A stretch of 62,585 nt of DNA, the filler included. It is 8 parts of 8 records of this genome, joined end to end, with 100 filler letters (N's around TTAATTAATTAA, not from the genome) between each part and the next. Parts side by side here need not be neighbours in the genome. Positions count along the whole stretch, not along the records: positions 1 to 12,465 come from SRR31147125_114613; 7 more parts are not named here. One strand, written 5' to 3'. The notes under the pieces are model-generated. The model was not told the DNA's origin. It did not search any database and worked only from the letters and a program-made list of their open reading frames with translations. Positions within the stretch are counted from its first letter, which is position 1, and each line of letters starts with the position of its first letter. Of this stretch, positions 1-9,426 are shown piece by piece. The position numbers and the translations under genes are program-made.

Positions 1-1005
1 GGGGAGGCGCTGGCGGAGTGGCATCTGACCCAGTCCCACTTCTCCGGGGAGCCATTATCTGCAATATTCAAGGCCTTCATCGATCAGCTGTCGCGTATCG
101 TCGAGCACGCCGAATCGGCGCAGACCCGGGATGACTGGCAGATCGAGATCATGCCCCAGATGCAGCACGCGCTGCGCGACATGCTCATCAACGTTCAGCA
201 GCACCAGCGGTTGCTGGACCGGCAGCATGCCGAGATCCGGGAATTTATCCCGAAGCTGCTGACCGAGCAGAGCGAGGCGGCCATTCGCCAGTGCAGGGAC
301 AGGCTCGCGGAAGTGCTCAAGACCATACACGACCTGCAGGAGACGGTGCTCGGTTCTTCGAGCACGATAACCACCCTGATCAGCCGCATCTACGAACTCG
401 GCGAACCCCATGAGCTGCAGCGCTTCGAAATCGTCTACGACGATCTGGTGCGGAGGATCAATAGCATCAATAACTGGATAACTCAGCGTTTGACCGACTG
501 GACCGATCACTACGGGGTCGTTCACAACGTCCTTCGCACAATCGTGCGGGTCGACCGCTATAAACGGATCTCGGATGCGCTCAAGCGCAGTATCGCCCAT
601 CCTCCTTCGTGGTCGCTGTCGGTTGCGGATGAGCCGGCGTTTTACCGGATGAGAACCGACCTCGATGCCAAACGCCGGGTGCGGAGCGCACCGCGCATCA
701 AAAAGGAGGTGCACGACCGACAGCACGAGTTCGACGAGATTCTCCCCGATGAACTGCCGGATCTCCTGAAAAGCTATGCCCGTGAGGACTATGAGCGTTT
801 TGCCGAGGTTCGTGCATCGCGTGTCATCAGAAAGGCCGTACCGACGCTGCAGTCCGAGGAGATGAAAGTTGTGTCCTATGTCCCCGAATTTTATGCGTGG
901 CTCGTGAGCGTCGGCGTGATCGATGAGGACCAGCGCGGCTGGGAGGATGTGAGTGGTGCAATACAAATCGAAGATCTCAAGGTGAGAGGCGATGATCTTT
1001 CTTGA
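1..1005 (+). CDS. mukF: MukF-family kleisin (5' truncated by window start)
   Basis: Frame is open from base 1 (GEALAEWHLTQSHFS...). Segments such as QRLLDRQH..IREFIPKLL...AAIRQC..RLAEVLKTIHDLQETV and VHNVLRTIVRVDRYKRISDALKRSI...W align by eye with E. coli MukF (QRLMDEQQ..VKDDIAQLL...[47 protein letters not shown]). Stop overlaps the mukE start. Confidence 0.85.
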   Translation, partial: GEALAEWHLTQSHFSGEPLSAIFKAFIDQLSRIVEHAESAQTRDDWQIEIMPQMQHALRDMLINVQQHQRLLDRQHAEIREFIPKLLTEQSEAAIRQCRDRLAEVLKTIHDLQETVLGSSSTITTLISRIYELGEPHELQRFEIVYDDLVRRINSINNWITQRLTDWTDHYGVVHNVLRTIVRVDRYKRISDALKRSIAHPPSWSLSVADEPAFYRMRTDLDAKRRVRSAPRIKKEVHDRQHEFDEILPDELPDLLKSYAREDYERFAEVRASRVIRKAVPTLQSEEMKVVSYVPEFYAWLVSVGVIDEDQRGWEDVSGAIQIEDLKVRGDDLS

Positions 1006-1636
1006 CGAAAAGTTTGTTGATGTGGACCTCGCGCTGCGCCGGGGCGGGCATGTCAACCGGGACAATTTCACCCTGTACAACTGGGTGCAGGACAATTTCG
1101 ATGTGCTGAGCGGCTATTACACGAACTTCGGCTGCACGCTCAGGCAGCACCCGGACGGCTTCTTTTTCCTCGTTATTTCCGGACATAAACTGAAATCGCG
1201 GGTGCTGCCGATGTCCTGCGTGCACCTGGGGATTTTCCTGGCGCTCAAAGCCCGTGACCCCGAGATCACGAAAACCTCGGGCAGGATCGCCGTCGATCAG
1301 CTGCTGCAGGACATCGAGACCACCGTGCCGGCGGAAACACTGCAGAAGGTGTATGCGCCACGGGCCCGGGAGAGCCAGGTCGGGAGCCGGATTCATGATG
1401 AAATCGCAAATGGGCTCAAGATACTTGCCGATCTGAAATTTATCGAGATGCAGAACGACTCCATCAAGCCGCTGGAGTCCATCGCCCGGTTTGCGGAGTT
1501 TGCCCGGCACGACAACGAGCCGGACGAGACGGCACTGGTCCTCCTCGAAGACCGTGAAGGAGTGGTCATTGCTGCACGTGACGAGGAGGACACCGAAAAC
1601 CCTGATACCAGCGGAGAGAACCATGAAGAGGAGTAA
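992..1636 (+). CDS. mukE: MukE-family KITE subunit
   Basis: FVDVDLALRRGGHV...YYTNFGCTLRQHPDGFFFL matches MukE (FPALDSALRSGRHI...FYARYNVELIRAPEGFFYL); ESIARFA matches ESVFRFG; acidic tail ends in EEE as in MukE. Confidence 0.9.
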   Translation: MIFLDEKFVDVDLALRRGGHVNRDNFTLYNWVQDNFDVLSGYYTNFGCTLRQHPDGFFFLVISGHKLKSRVLPMSCVHLGIFLALKARDPEITKTSGRIAVDQLLQDIETTVPAETLQKVYAPRARESQVGSRIHDEIANGLKILADLKFIEMQNDSIKPLESIARFAEFARHDNEPDETALVLLEDREGVVIAARDEEDTENPDTSGENHEEE

Positions 1637-4600
1637 CGCGCACATCAAGAGGGTCGCCTACTTCGGCTGGCGCGGGATGGTCGGCTGCGAGGTCCTGGAA
1701 TTGGGAGACGGGCCGATGACCGGTCTGCTGGGGGCGTCCGGGGCTGGTAAGACGACGCTCGCGCTGTGCCTGGCCAACGCGCTGCTGCCGGATCGCCAGG
1801 TGCTCGATATCCAGCCGATTTCAGAGGTCCGGGACAACCAGTCGGCCGGAACGGACGTGCTCGCCGGGAAGATCGATCCGGAGTCGGACTACGCCTATGT
1901 CGTACTCGACATAAAATCGCGGCACAACACCCGGCTCCTGGCCGGCATCTACGCGGTCAAGGCGGACGGCAGGGCCCAGCTGACCCGCTGGCTCGTGCGC
2001 AACGCACCCGATGACTTGAACCTCAAGGACCTGCTGGCTGAAGAAGATGATGAAGGGTACGTGACGTATCCGGAATTTCCACGGCTCAAACAGATTCTCG
2101 CTGCGCGCGGGATCGATGTCGAAACCTGTCAGCTCATCGGCGATTACGGAGAGGCACTCTATGAGGCCGGTGTCCTGCCCTCCAGCATGCGAACGAGGAG
2201 TGATCGGACGCTGTATGCAAACCTGCTGAAAACAACCTTTCGGGGCGGCCTGTCCAATGAGGTCGCCTTGCGTCTCAAGGATTACCTGCTCACCGCACAG
2301 ACCCAGGTACCTGACATCGTGCGGGGGCTCCAGGAGTGTGCCGATGAGATTTTCAAGACGAGAAGCGCGATATCGGACGCCGATCGGGAATTGACGCTCC
2401 TCAAATCAACCTATGGTGCCGGCAGGGATATCGTCGCCCGGTCGATCCGCTGGATCAGTGAAGAAAAAGCGATTTTCGAGGAACAGGAAAAAGACCAGAG
2501 GGAAAGACGGGACGAATTGACCAATCGCAGTCATGAGTTGAATGGATTGGTTGCAAGCGTCACCGGTCGTATCGCGGAAACCGAACGGAGAAAGACCGAG
2601 GCGGTCGAGAGCGCATGGTCGGATCTCGAAAGGCTGAAGGAAGAGCTTGAGGGGCTCCGCGGGCAACGGGATGGTGTCAGGGAAAAGCTCGCCTCTGCGC
2701 GCACGGATAACGAGTGCTATCAAAAGGGCAAGGATATATGGTTAGCCGTGTCGAAACTGACCATCGCCGATACGTACGACGGGGCTCGGGAATGGTTCAG
2801 AAAGCATATCGGTGAGTTGCGCAAGAAAGAGTCGAGGCTGGACGGTGACATCGAACGGCTCCTCGAAGCAATCCAGCGCATCGAGCTCAACCGCCCCTCC
2901 GCCGGGTCGGAATCGCTGCAGGGCGCGCTGGGCGGGGAGACGCTCGAAAACGTGTTCGGCAGCCTGGACGAAGAGAGGGCACTGGCTGCAGACCTGTCGC
3001 TCTCCGGTGTTACCGACGGACTTGTGGGCGTGGGTCCGGATGAGCTTGACGGGATAGCGTTCTCACCTGACTTTCCGGATAATTTCTGGGTTGGCCCGGA
3101 AAAACCTGCTGTTGCGGCTGTAGAGGAGAAGGGCGACTGGCTCATCATTCCGTCACGGGGTGGGCATGTCGTCACCCGCAAAGGACGGACAACGGTGTTC
3201 GGGGCGCAGGCTAAGGCTCGGCTGCGGGATGAACACCTTGTGCAGCTGAAAAAACTGCAGGATGAAATAGCAACATACAGAAAAGAGGCAGCATACCTGA
3301 CGGACGATGAGGACGGCCTGGAGACCCTGTTCAACCGCCGTAAAGAAGAAATCCTGTTCTACCTGGACAACAGGGAACACTTCGAGGTGGCGCGGCTCCA
3401 TGAAACCCTGGAACAGGAGTTCAATGCGTTGTATGCGGAATTCAGGAAAAAGGAAAACGAGATCGGCACCGCGGAAAAAGCCTGCAGGATGACGGGCAAA
3501 CCGTTCGATGACGAGCTTTCCGCTCTGAATAGACAGCAAAGCGATGCACAGGTCGAACTCGAGAAAATCAAACTGAATCTGGCAGGGGCCCGGGAGCTTA
3601 TCGAGGAATATACCGAGCGGCTCGAATCGATTTATCAGGAGGAAGTGGAAGCACAATCCGTTCTCGGGGACGAATTTTCCGTTATCTCCGGGTATGCGGC
3701 ATCCGATCTGCTCAGTGATTTCGATGTTGACGAAGTCCTCGACGATCTTGCCGGGAAGATCGCGGATCTCAAGATGGTATTCACCGAGCTGATACCGGAG
3801 CGGTCAGATTTTTTCGACCGGCTTCGCGCCCGGAACCGGGTGCTCACCGTCTCCCTGTGGCCGGTGCTCACCGACCTGGTGCGCGAGCGGATCAACATCG
3901 ATCTGGCCGACAGCGACGGCCTGGATCTGATCCAGGACGCGCAGGATCGTCGGTCCGAGCTTGGCGACGAACTCGAGCGGCACGAACAGAATGCGCGGGT
4001 GAAGGCCCGGAGCATCGCGAACACGATCAAGACGACGATCAATTCGGCCAAGCTGCGGATCAGGAAACTGAGCCGGCTCGGACACGACATCCGCTTCGGA
4101 AATATCGTGGGTGTCCAGCTGCGGCTCGTCGAGAAAACCCAGATGATCGAGTTGCTCGACAACATAACCGGCCAGCTCGCGATGTTCTCGGCGCACAAGC
4201 CCATCGATGTGGCGATCAAGGAGTGGTTCGACAAGGGGCTTGGCGAGGAGAAGGCCCGCCATCTCTCCGGCGAGGACCTGCTTGACTATCGCAACTATGT
4301 CGACTTTGCCGTGGAGGCAAGATGGAAGGGCGGCAGCTGGGAGCCGGTAACCTCGTCGTCGCTGTCCGGCGGCGAGTCGATCGGCTGTGGTCTCGCGCTC
4401 GCACTGATGCTGATGCGCTCCATTGCCGGCAGGGGCGAGTCGAAGCCGGAGACGATAACCCCTCTTTTCGCAATGGATGAGATTCACCGCCTGGACGCTG
4501 CCGGCGTGGCGATGATCGTGAACCTCGCGCGAAGAGAGAATTTCCAGGTCGTCGTCACCGCCCAGAAAATCGAACCGAGCTATGACTGCACCCTCTACAA

Positions 4601-4676
4601 CCTGACCCGCATCCCGGATCCGGACAGGCTGGTTATCCGCGGAATCAGGATAAAGAACCAGGAAGCGGCTGCATGA
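1623..4676 (+). CDS. mukB: MukB-family SMC ATPase, short form (1017 aa)
   Basis: ATG 1623 follows GGAG and overlaps the mukE stop. Walker A GASGAGKTT; MukB-like LKTTFRGGLS...LKDYLL; MukB-type hinge (GETLENVF...FPDNFWV...VFGAQAKARL); LLDYRNY; signature SLSGGES; Walker B FAMDEIHRLD; long coiled coils. Confidence 0.9.
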   Translation: MKRSNAHIKRVAYFGWRGMVGCEVLELGDGPMTGLLGASGAGKTTLALCLANALLPDRQVLDIQPISEVRDNQSAGTDVLAGKIDPESDYAYVVLDIKSRHNTRLLAGIYAVKADGRAQLTRWLVRNAPDDLNLKDLLAEEDDEGYVTYPEFPRLKQILAARGIDVETCQLIGDYGEALYEAGVLPSSMRTRSDRTLYANLLKTTFRGGLSNEVALRLKDYLLTAQTQVPDIVRGLQECADEIFKTRSAISDADRELTLLKSTYGAGRDIVARSIRWISEEKAIFEEQEKDQRERRDELTNRSHELNGLVASVTGRIAETERRKTEAVESAWSDLERLKEELEGLRGQRDGVREKLASARTDNECYQKGKDIWLAVSKLTIADTYDGAREWFRKHIGELRKKESRLDGDIERLLEAIQRIELNRPSAGSESLQGALGGETLENVFGSLDEERALAADLSLSGVTDGLVGVGPDELDGIAFSPDFPDNFWVGPEKPAVAAVEEKGDWLIIPSRGGHVVTRKGRTTVFGAQAKARLRDEHLVQLKKLQDEIATYRKEAAYLTDDEDGLETLFNRRKEEILFYLDNREHFEVARLHETLEQEFNALYAEFRKKENEIGTAEKACRMTGKPFDDELSALNRQQSDAQVELEKIKLNLAGARELIEEYTERLESIYQEEVEAQSVLGDEFSVISGYAASDLLSDFDVDEVLDDLAGKIADLKMVFTELIPERSDFFDRLRARNRVLTVSLWPVLTDLVRERINIDLADSDGLDLIQDAQDRRSELGDELERHEQNARVKARSIANTIKTTINSAKLRIRKLSRLGHDIRFGNIVGVQLRLVEKTQMIELLDNITGQLAMFSAHKPIDVAIKEWFDKGLGEEKARHLSGEDLLDYRNYVDFAVEARWKGGSWEPVTSSSLSGGESIGCGLALALMLMRSIAGRGESKPETITPLFAMDEIHRLDAAGVAMIVNLARRENFQVVVTAQKIEPSYDCTLYNLTRIPDPDRLVIRGIRIKNQEAAA

Positions 4677-5623
4677 GCAGATTTGTGGAAGCGGCATCTC
4701 TCGCCCGGCTGATCGAAACGGGCATCATTCGGGAGTCCAAGAGAAACCTGCCGATCATCAAGCGGTTCGAGACTGCCCAGTGGCTGGAGAGATCGACAAG
4801 GAAGGCGGAGTGGCGCGTCCGCGAGGGGTGCGGAAGCCGACTTGAGCAGCGCTTGTATGAGCTCGTCCCCTCCTGGAAGGAGGAGTGCGCGTTTCTCCGG
4901 TCCCTCCACCTGAATCCATACAATCCCGATGACATCCGCAGCCTGCCGGTCCTCAAGCAGAAACGCAGTGTGCCGGGAGTGGTCAACCGGCGCAACTGGA
5001 AAGCGGCGACCGGGGCAGGCCCGAAACGCACGGCGAAACTGCAGAGCGAATCCGTCACGACTGCTGACTGGGTCATGCGTGTGCGCCCCAATCGGGGACT
5101 CTCCTGCCGTGCGGGCGGCCGCGAGATCGATCTCTACCGGGACAGCCTCATATACACGGAATGCATCATCCCCGAGCGGATGTGGCACAGGTTGGAAACG
5201 TTCACCGGAATACAACCCGCTGCCCTGGTGAGCTGCGAAAACCTCGGGGCTTACATCGACCTGCCAATCCCGCCGAACACCGCGGCAGTCTATTCTCCGG
5301 GCACGGATACCGTGGCGGTCATCGAGCTGCTGAGTAAATTTCCGGGTGTTCCGTGGGTCCACTTCGGCGACCTGGACCCCGCCGGTTTCAGGATTGCCCG
5401 GACCATTGGTGATGCCGCCCGGCGGGACCTGAAATTCTATATCCCGTCTTTTGCTGCAGACTATCTGCCGGGGGCAAGCCTCAAGAAGGGGTGGGAGGAT
5501 TTCGATGGTCCTCACCTGCCCGTCGTGGCCGAGCTGATCAAGACCCGCCGCAGGATGTTCCAGGAGGTGTTCATGCTGGATCCGCGCCTTGCAGGGGATG
5601 TGGAGGCTTTTCTGGGCCAGTAG
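4673..5623 (+). CDS. jetD: JetD/MksG-like Toprim nuclease (DUF2220-like)
   Basis: ATGA overlap with the mukB stop. Toprim motifs LVSCENLGAY (catalytic Glu), AVYSPG, HFGDLDPAGFRIA (DxD) and C-terminal FQE, typical of Wadjet JetD. Confidence 0.8.
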   Translation: MSRFVEAASLARLIETGIIRESKRNLPIIKRFETAQWLERSTRKAEWRVREGCGSRLEQRLYELVPSWKEECAFLRSLHLNPYNPDDIRSLPVLKQKRSVPGVVNRRNWKAATGAGPKRTAKLQSESVTTADWVMRVRPNRGLSCRAGGREIDLYRDSLIYTECIIPERMWHRLETFTGIQPAALVSCENLGAYIDLPIPPNTAAVYSPGTDTVAVIELLSKFPGVPWVHFGDLDPAGFRIARTIGDAARRDLKFYIPSFAADYLPGASLKKGWEDFDGPHLPVVAELIKTRRRMFQEVFMLDPRLAGDVEAFLGQ

Positions 5624-5840
5624 ACGGTGGGATTGGGGAAACTGCTTTCTTTTATTGTGCTTCCAGCTCAGGGACAGAATGATTTTCAGACAAAATGCGA
5701 AAAAATTCAGTCCCCTGGGCTTGTATTGATGTAAGGATTTGTCGGTTTGGTTTATTTTTTGCCCATCATCGCTATAACTATTCCTATGACTCTTCCGGTC
5801 AATCAAACGTGAGCCGCACAACCAATAAACGGAGGAAGTA

Positions 5841-7521
5841 ATGGAAGACATGGGTCTCTTCATGCGCCTGATCGAGCTGATGCGCCAGCAGCATGTCCTG
5901 ATGCTTTTTCTGATTCTGGGGCTTGGTTATTTGATCGGCAATATCCGCATCGGCAGTTTTTCTCTGGGGCCTGTTGCCGGTGTGTTGTTTGCGGGGCTGT
6001 TTTTTGGCTATTTCGATTTTCGGATTACCCCGGGGGCTCAGTCGGTTGGCTTCGCGCTCTTTATCTTCTCCGTGGGGTATCAGGCGGGGCCGCGGTTTTT
6101 TGATGTATTGCGCACAGACGGGCTGAAATACTTCACCCTTGCCGCGGTGATTGCGATATCGGGGTTTGCGGTGGCGGTGCTCGCGACAAAGCTGCTTTCG
6201 CTCGCTCCCGGAACCTCGGCCGGGCTGCTGGCCGGCGGGTTGACGAGTTCCCCCACGCTGGCAGCCGCCCAGGAGGCGATCAGAGCGGGCAGGTCGCCCC
6301 GCCTGCCGGAATCACTGCTGATGAAATGATCGGCAACGTCGCGACCGGCTACGCGATAACCTATATCTTCGGGCTTGCCGGGTTGATCGCTATCATCAAG
6401 TTGCTGCCGGGCATGCTCGGAATTGATTTGAGGAAAGAGTCTGCGGAGTTGGAGAGCCAGAGCGCAGACGGCGAGGCGGTCGATCGTAATTTCTCCACCC
6501 GGGCATTCAGGGTGGTTGATGAACGGGCGACCGGTTTCCAGGCGGATGGATTGAAGGAGAAATTCCTGGACAAGACGGCGGTGGTGCGGGTCGTCAGGGA
6601 AGGGAACGTGCTTTCCAGGGGGAAGCTGATCATCTGGAACTCGGTGATGAGATCTATGTGCTGGCCGGCACTCACTACTTTACCGAGGTCGTACCCGAGT
6701 TTGCAATCTATTGCGAGGAGTTCGCTCCTGCGGTGGATCTGGGGAAATTCACCGAAGGAGCCCAGATTGTCGTAATCAACAAGGGAGTGATCGGGATGTC
6801 GCCGAAAGACCTCGATATCGCCCAGTCCTATGGCGTACTGATCACCAGCGTGGTGCGGATGCGCATGGAGATGCCGCAGTCGCCGGACCTGAAAATACGC
6901 AAGGGCGATATCCTCAACGTGGTCGGTCCCGGTGACAACATCGAGCGATTGGGCGCGGAGCTCGGTCATGTCGAAAAAGAGATCGCCGAGACCGATATGG
7001 TGACCTTCTGCTTCGGGATCTGCCTCGGTGTCATCATCGGGTTGTTCGCGATCTCCGTCGGTCAGCTCTCCATTGGCCTCGGCTCGGCCGGCGGCCTGCT
7101 CGCCGCAGGGTTGACCATCGGCTACCTGCGCAGCGTGCACCCGACCTTTGGCAGGCTGCCCGATGCGGCCCGCTGGATCCTGATGGAGCTGGGTCTGCTG
7201 CTCTTCATGGCCGGGGTGGGACTCAGGGCGGGAGGAGACATCATCGAGACATTTCTCAGCGCCGGTCCTCTCCTGATCATTGCCGGGGTCATGGTGACGA
7301 CGGTTCCCATTCTGATCGGCTATTTTTTTGGTAGAAAGGTTTTGAAGATCCATCCGGTTCTGCTCTTCGGGGGGATCTGCGGTTCCATGACCAGCGGGGC
7401 CTCACTCAGTGTGGTGACAAAAGAGGCCGACAGTGCGATGCCATCCCTTGGCTATACCGGTGCCTACGCGTTTGCCAACGTGTTGCTCACGGTAGCCGGC
7501 AGCGTAATTCTTTTCTTTTAA
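5841..7521 (+). pseudogene. AspT/YidE/YbjL-family antiporter with TrkA-C domains, split by two frameshifts (probably sequencing indels)
   Basis: Three consecutive ORFs (5841, 6326, 6658) join into one transporter: GFALFIFSVGYQAGPRFF, AGGLTSSPTL, GLLLFMAGVGLRAG, GSMTSGA, GYTGAYAFANVLL. Shifts fall in G runs at about 6287-6289 and 6618-6622. Confidence 0.75.
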
Positions 7522-7537
7522 CAGTGGAGATCAGGAT

Positions 7538-7786
7538 ATGTTCATGACTGCCAACAGATTAAAGATAGAGGGCAGGCCGGTGTTGAAGCTGAATATCCAT
7601 GAGTTTGGTGAGGAAGATATCCCGTTTCTGGACAGTCTCGGAATCACCGAGGTTGATACCAGATTTGCGGACTGCAGATGTATTCACATTCACAGCCAGG
7701 AGGATTTCCTCAGCACCCGTGCTTTAATCTTCGAGAAATACGATGTGGAAGAGAAGGGGGCCCGGGCATATCTGGTGCCAAAGTAG
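7538..7786 (+). CDS. hypothetical protein (82 aa)
   Basis: ORF with upstream GGAG/AGGA, directly after the antiporter; no recognisable motif. Confidence 0.5.
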   Translation: MFMTANRLKIEGRPVLKLNIHEFGEEDIPFLDSLGITEVDTRFADCRCIHIHSQEDFLSTRALIFEKYDVEEKGARAYLVPK

Positions 7787-7789
7787 GCA

Positions 7790-8075
7790 TCGATCCCTCT
7801 TCCCTGACTTCTTGCATCCATTCATCTCCGGCACAACGACATCCGTCAGGAGAAGGTCTATCTGCGCAGGGGCGATCTTTACCGGTCGTATATTCGAACC
7901 GGGCACCCACGCGAGATCTATCTCTTCACCGATCAGTCTTCGAAGCATCTTGAGCATGCCTTCGATACTGTCGTTTAAATCGAGCACCTGAGGGGCAGTC
8001 GTCTGACGGCGCGCAAAAGCCAGTAACTGCCGGGTAATGTCTGCCGAACGTTTGCCGGCCTCCAGAATTATTTCT
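7790..8075 (-). pseudogene. Internally deleted hybrid sensor histidine kinase remnant
   Basis: RSADITRQLLAFARRQTTAPQVLDLNDSIEGMLKMLRRLIGE...AQID is joined directly to receiver-domain LLLTDVVVPEMNG; the HATPase domain is missing. Confidence 0.75.
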
Positions 8076-8095
8076 GTTTTTCCATGAACGCCAGG

Positions 8096-9376
8096 CTAAC
8101 GGTATATCAATGTGGGTAGCCACATCGAGAAGGTCGGGACAAAGGTGATGAGGGCCAACACCACCAACAGCGGAAAGAGAAATGGTAGTGTGGCGGCCGA
8201 GCAGCGCTCGAAACTGATTCCGGCGACACGGGACAGCACATAGAGAACCATGCCGACCGGCGGCGTGAGGAGGCCGATCATCAGGTTCAGGACCATAATG
8301 ACGCCGAAGTGAACCGGGTCGATGCCGACACCAACGGCGATTGGAAGCAGCACCGGCACGAGGATCGTGATGGCGGCAACCGTTTCCATAAAGCATCCGA
8401 CTACGAATAATACGAGGTTCAGCATCAGCAGGATGAGGATCGGATTATCGGTCATCCCCATGAGGATGGCGGCAAAATGCTCGGTAACCCGGTTGGTGGT
8501 GAGAATCCACGCGAAAATCGAGGCTGCCGCAACGATGAAAAGAATGATCGCCGATGTTTCAATCGTGTCCATACTGACATGGAAAAGCCGTTTCCAGGTC
8601 AGGGTCCGGTAGACGATAACCCCAAGAAAAAGGGCGTAAACACAGGCAGAAATGGCCGCTTCGGTGGGGGTGAACGCGCCGGTCAGGATGCCGCCGACGA
8701 TGATAACCGGCGTCAGCAGCGAAAGAAAGGCGCGTTTCAACGTGAGGCCCAGCAACTTGATGGAGAAGCGGTTGTCCCGAGGGTAGTTTCTCTTCTTTGC
8801 GTACCAGGCAACCAGCAGCATCAGGGCAACAGCCATGAGAACGCCGGGTATGAAGCCGGCTGTAAATAACTGGCCCACCGACGCTGAAGCCATGACCCCA
8901 TATACAACCATCGGGAGGCTCGGAGGAATAATCGGTCCGATGGTCGAGGATGCGGCGGTAACGGCAACGGCAAAATCGTCATCATAACCGGCGTCGCGCA
9001 TGGCCTTGATCTCGATTGTCCCCAGGCCGCCGGCATCTGCGACAGCAGCTCCCGACATACCGGCGAAGAGCACTGAGGCGATGATATTGACGTGACCGAG
9101 TCCACCGCGCAGCCAGCCGATGCAGGCGGTAGCGAAAGCGAAAATCCGGTTGGTAATACCGGCTGAGTTCATCAGGTTTCCGGCCAGGATGAAAAAGGGA
9201 ATGGCTAACAGCGGAAAACTATCGACCCCGTTTACCATGCGGTGGATAACCACGAAGTCCGGAACGGAACCGGACATCAGAACCCAGACCATGGAACTTC
9301 CTGCCAGGGCGATACCAACCGGTACACCGATAATCAGGAGCGAGAAGAGAACGACCAGCATTATTGCAATCAGCAT
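8096..9376 (-). CDS. dctM: TRAP transporter large permease
   Basis: SFPLLAIPFFILAGNLM, GPIIPPS, GIDPVHFG, GLLTPPVG motifs; 426 aa hydrophobic protein. Confidence 0.95.
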   Translation of the reverse strand: MLIAIMLVVLFSLLIIGVPVGIALAGSSMVWVLMSGSVPDFVVIHRMVNGVDSFPLLAIPFFILAGNLMNSAGITNRIFAFATACIGWLRGGLGHVNIIASVLFAGMSGAAVADAGGLGTIEIKAMRDAGYDDDFAVAVTAASSTIGPIIPPSLPMVVYGVMASASVGQLFTAGFIPGVLMAVALMLLVAWYAKKRNYPRDNRFSIKLLGLTLKRAFLSLLTPVIIVGGILTGAFTPTEAAISACVYALFLGVIVYRTLTWKRLFHVSMDTIETSAIILFIVAAASIFAWILTTNRVTEHFAAILMGMTDNPILILLMLNLVLFVVGCFMETVAAITILVPVLLPIAVGVGIDPVHFGVIMVLNLMIGLLTPPVGMVLYVLSRVAGISFERCSAATLPFLFPLLVVLALITFVPTFSMWLPTLIYR

Positions 9377-9426
9377 AATAAAAGGCTCGAGAAAGATTTA
9401 ATGAAAGGGCATCTGAAAATGCCGGC

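Noticed and set aside
55-1095. Long antisense ORFs (also 4595-5863, 31739-33574, 47960-49198)
   Set aside because: They are shadows of well-supported genes on the opposite strand in GC-rich sequence and have no motifs of their own.
1491-1622. N-terminal extension of MukB given by the ORF track
   Set aside because: It lies inside mukE; ATG 1623 has an RBS and matches the MukB start position.
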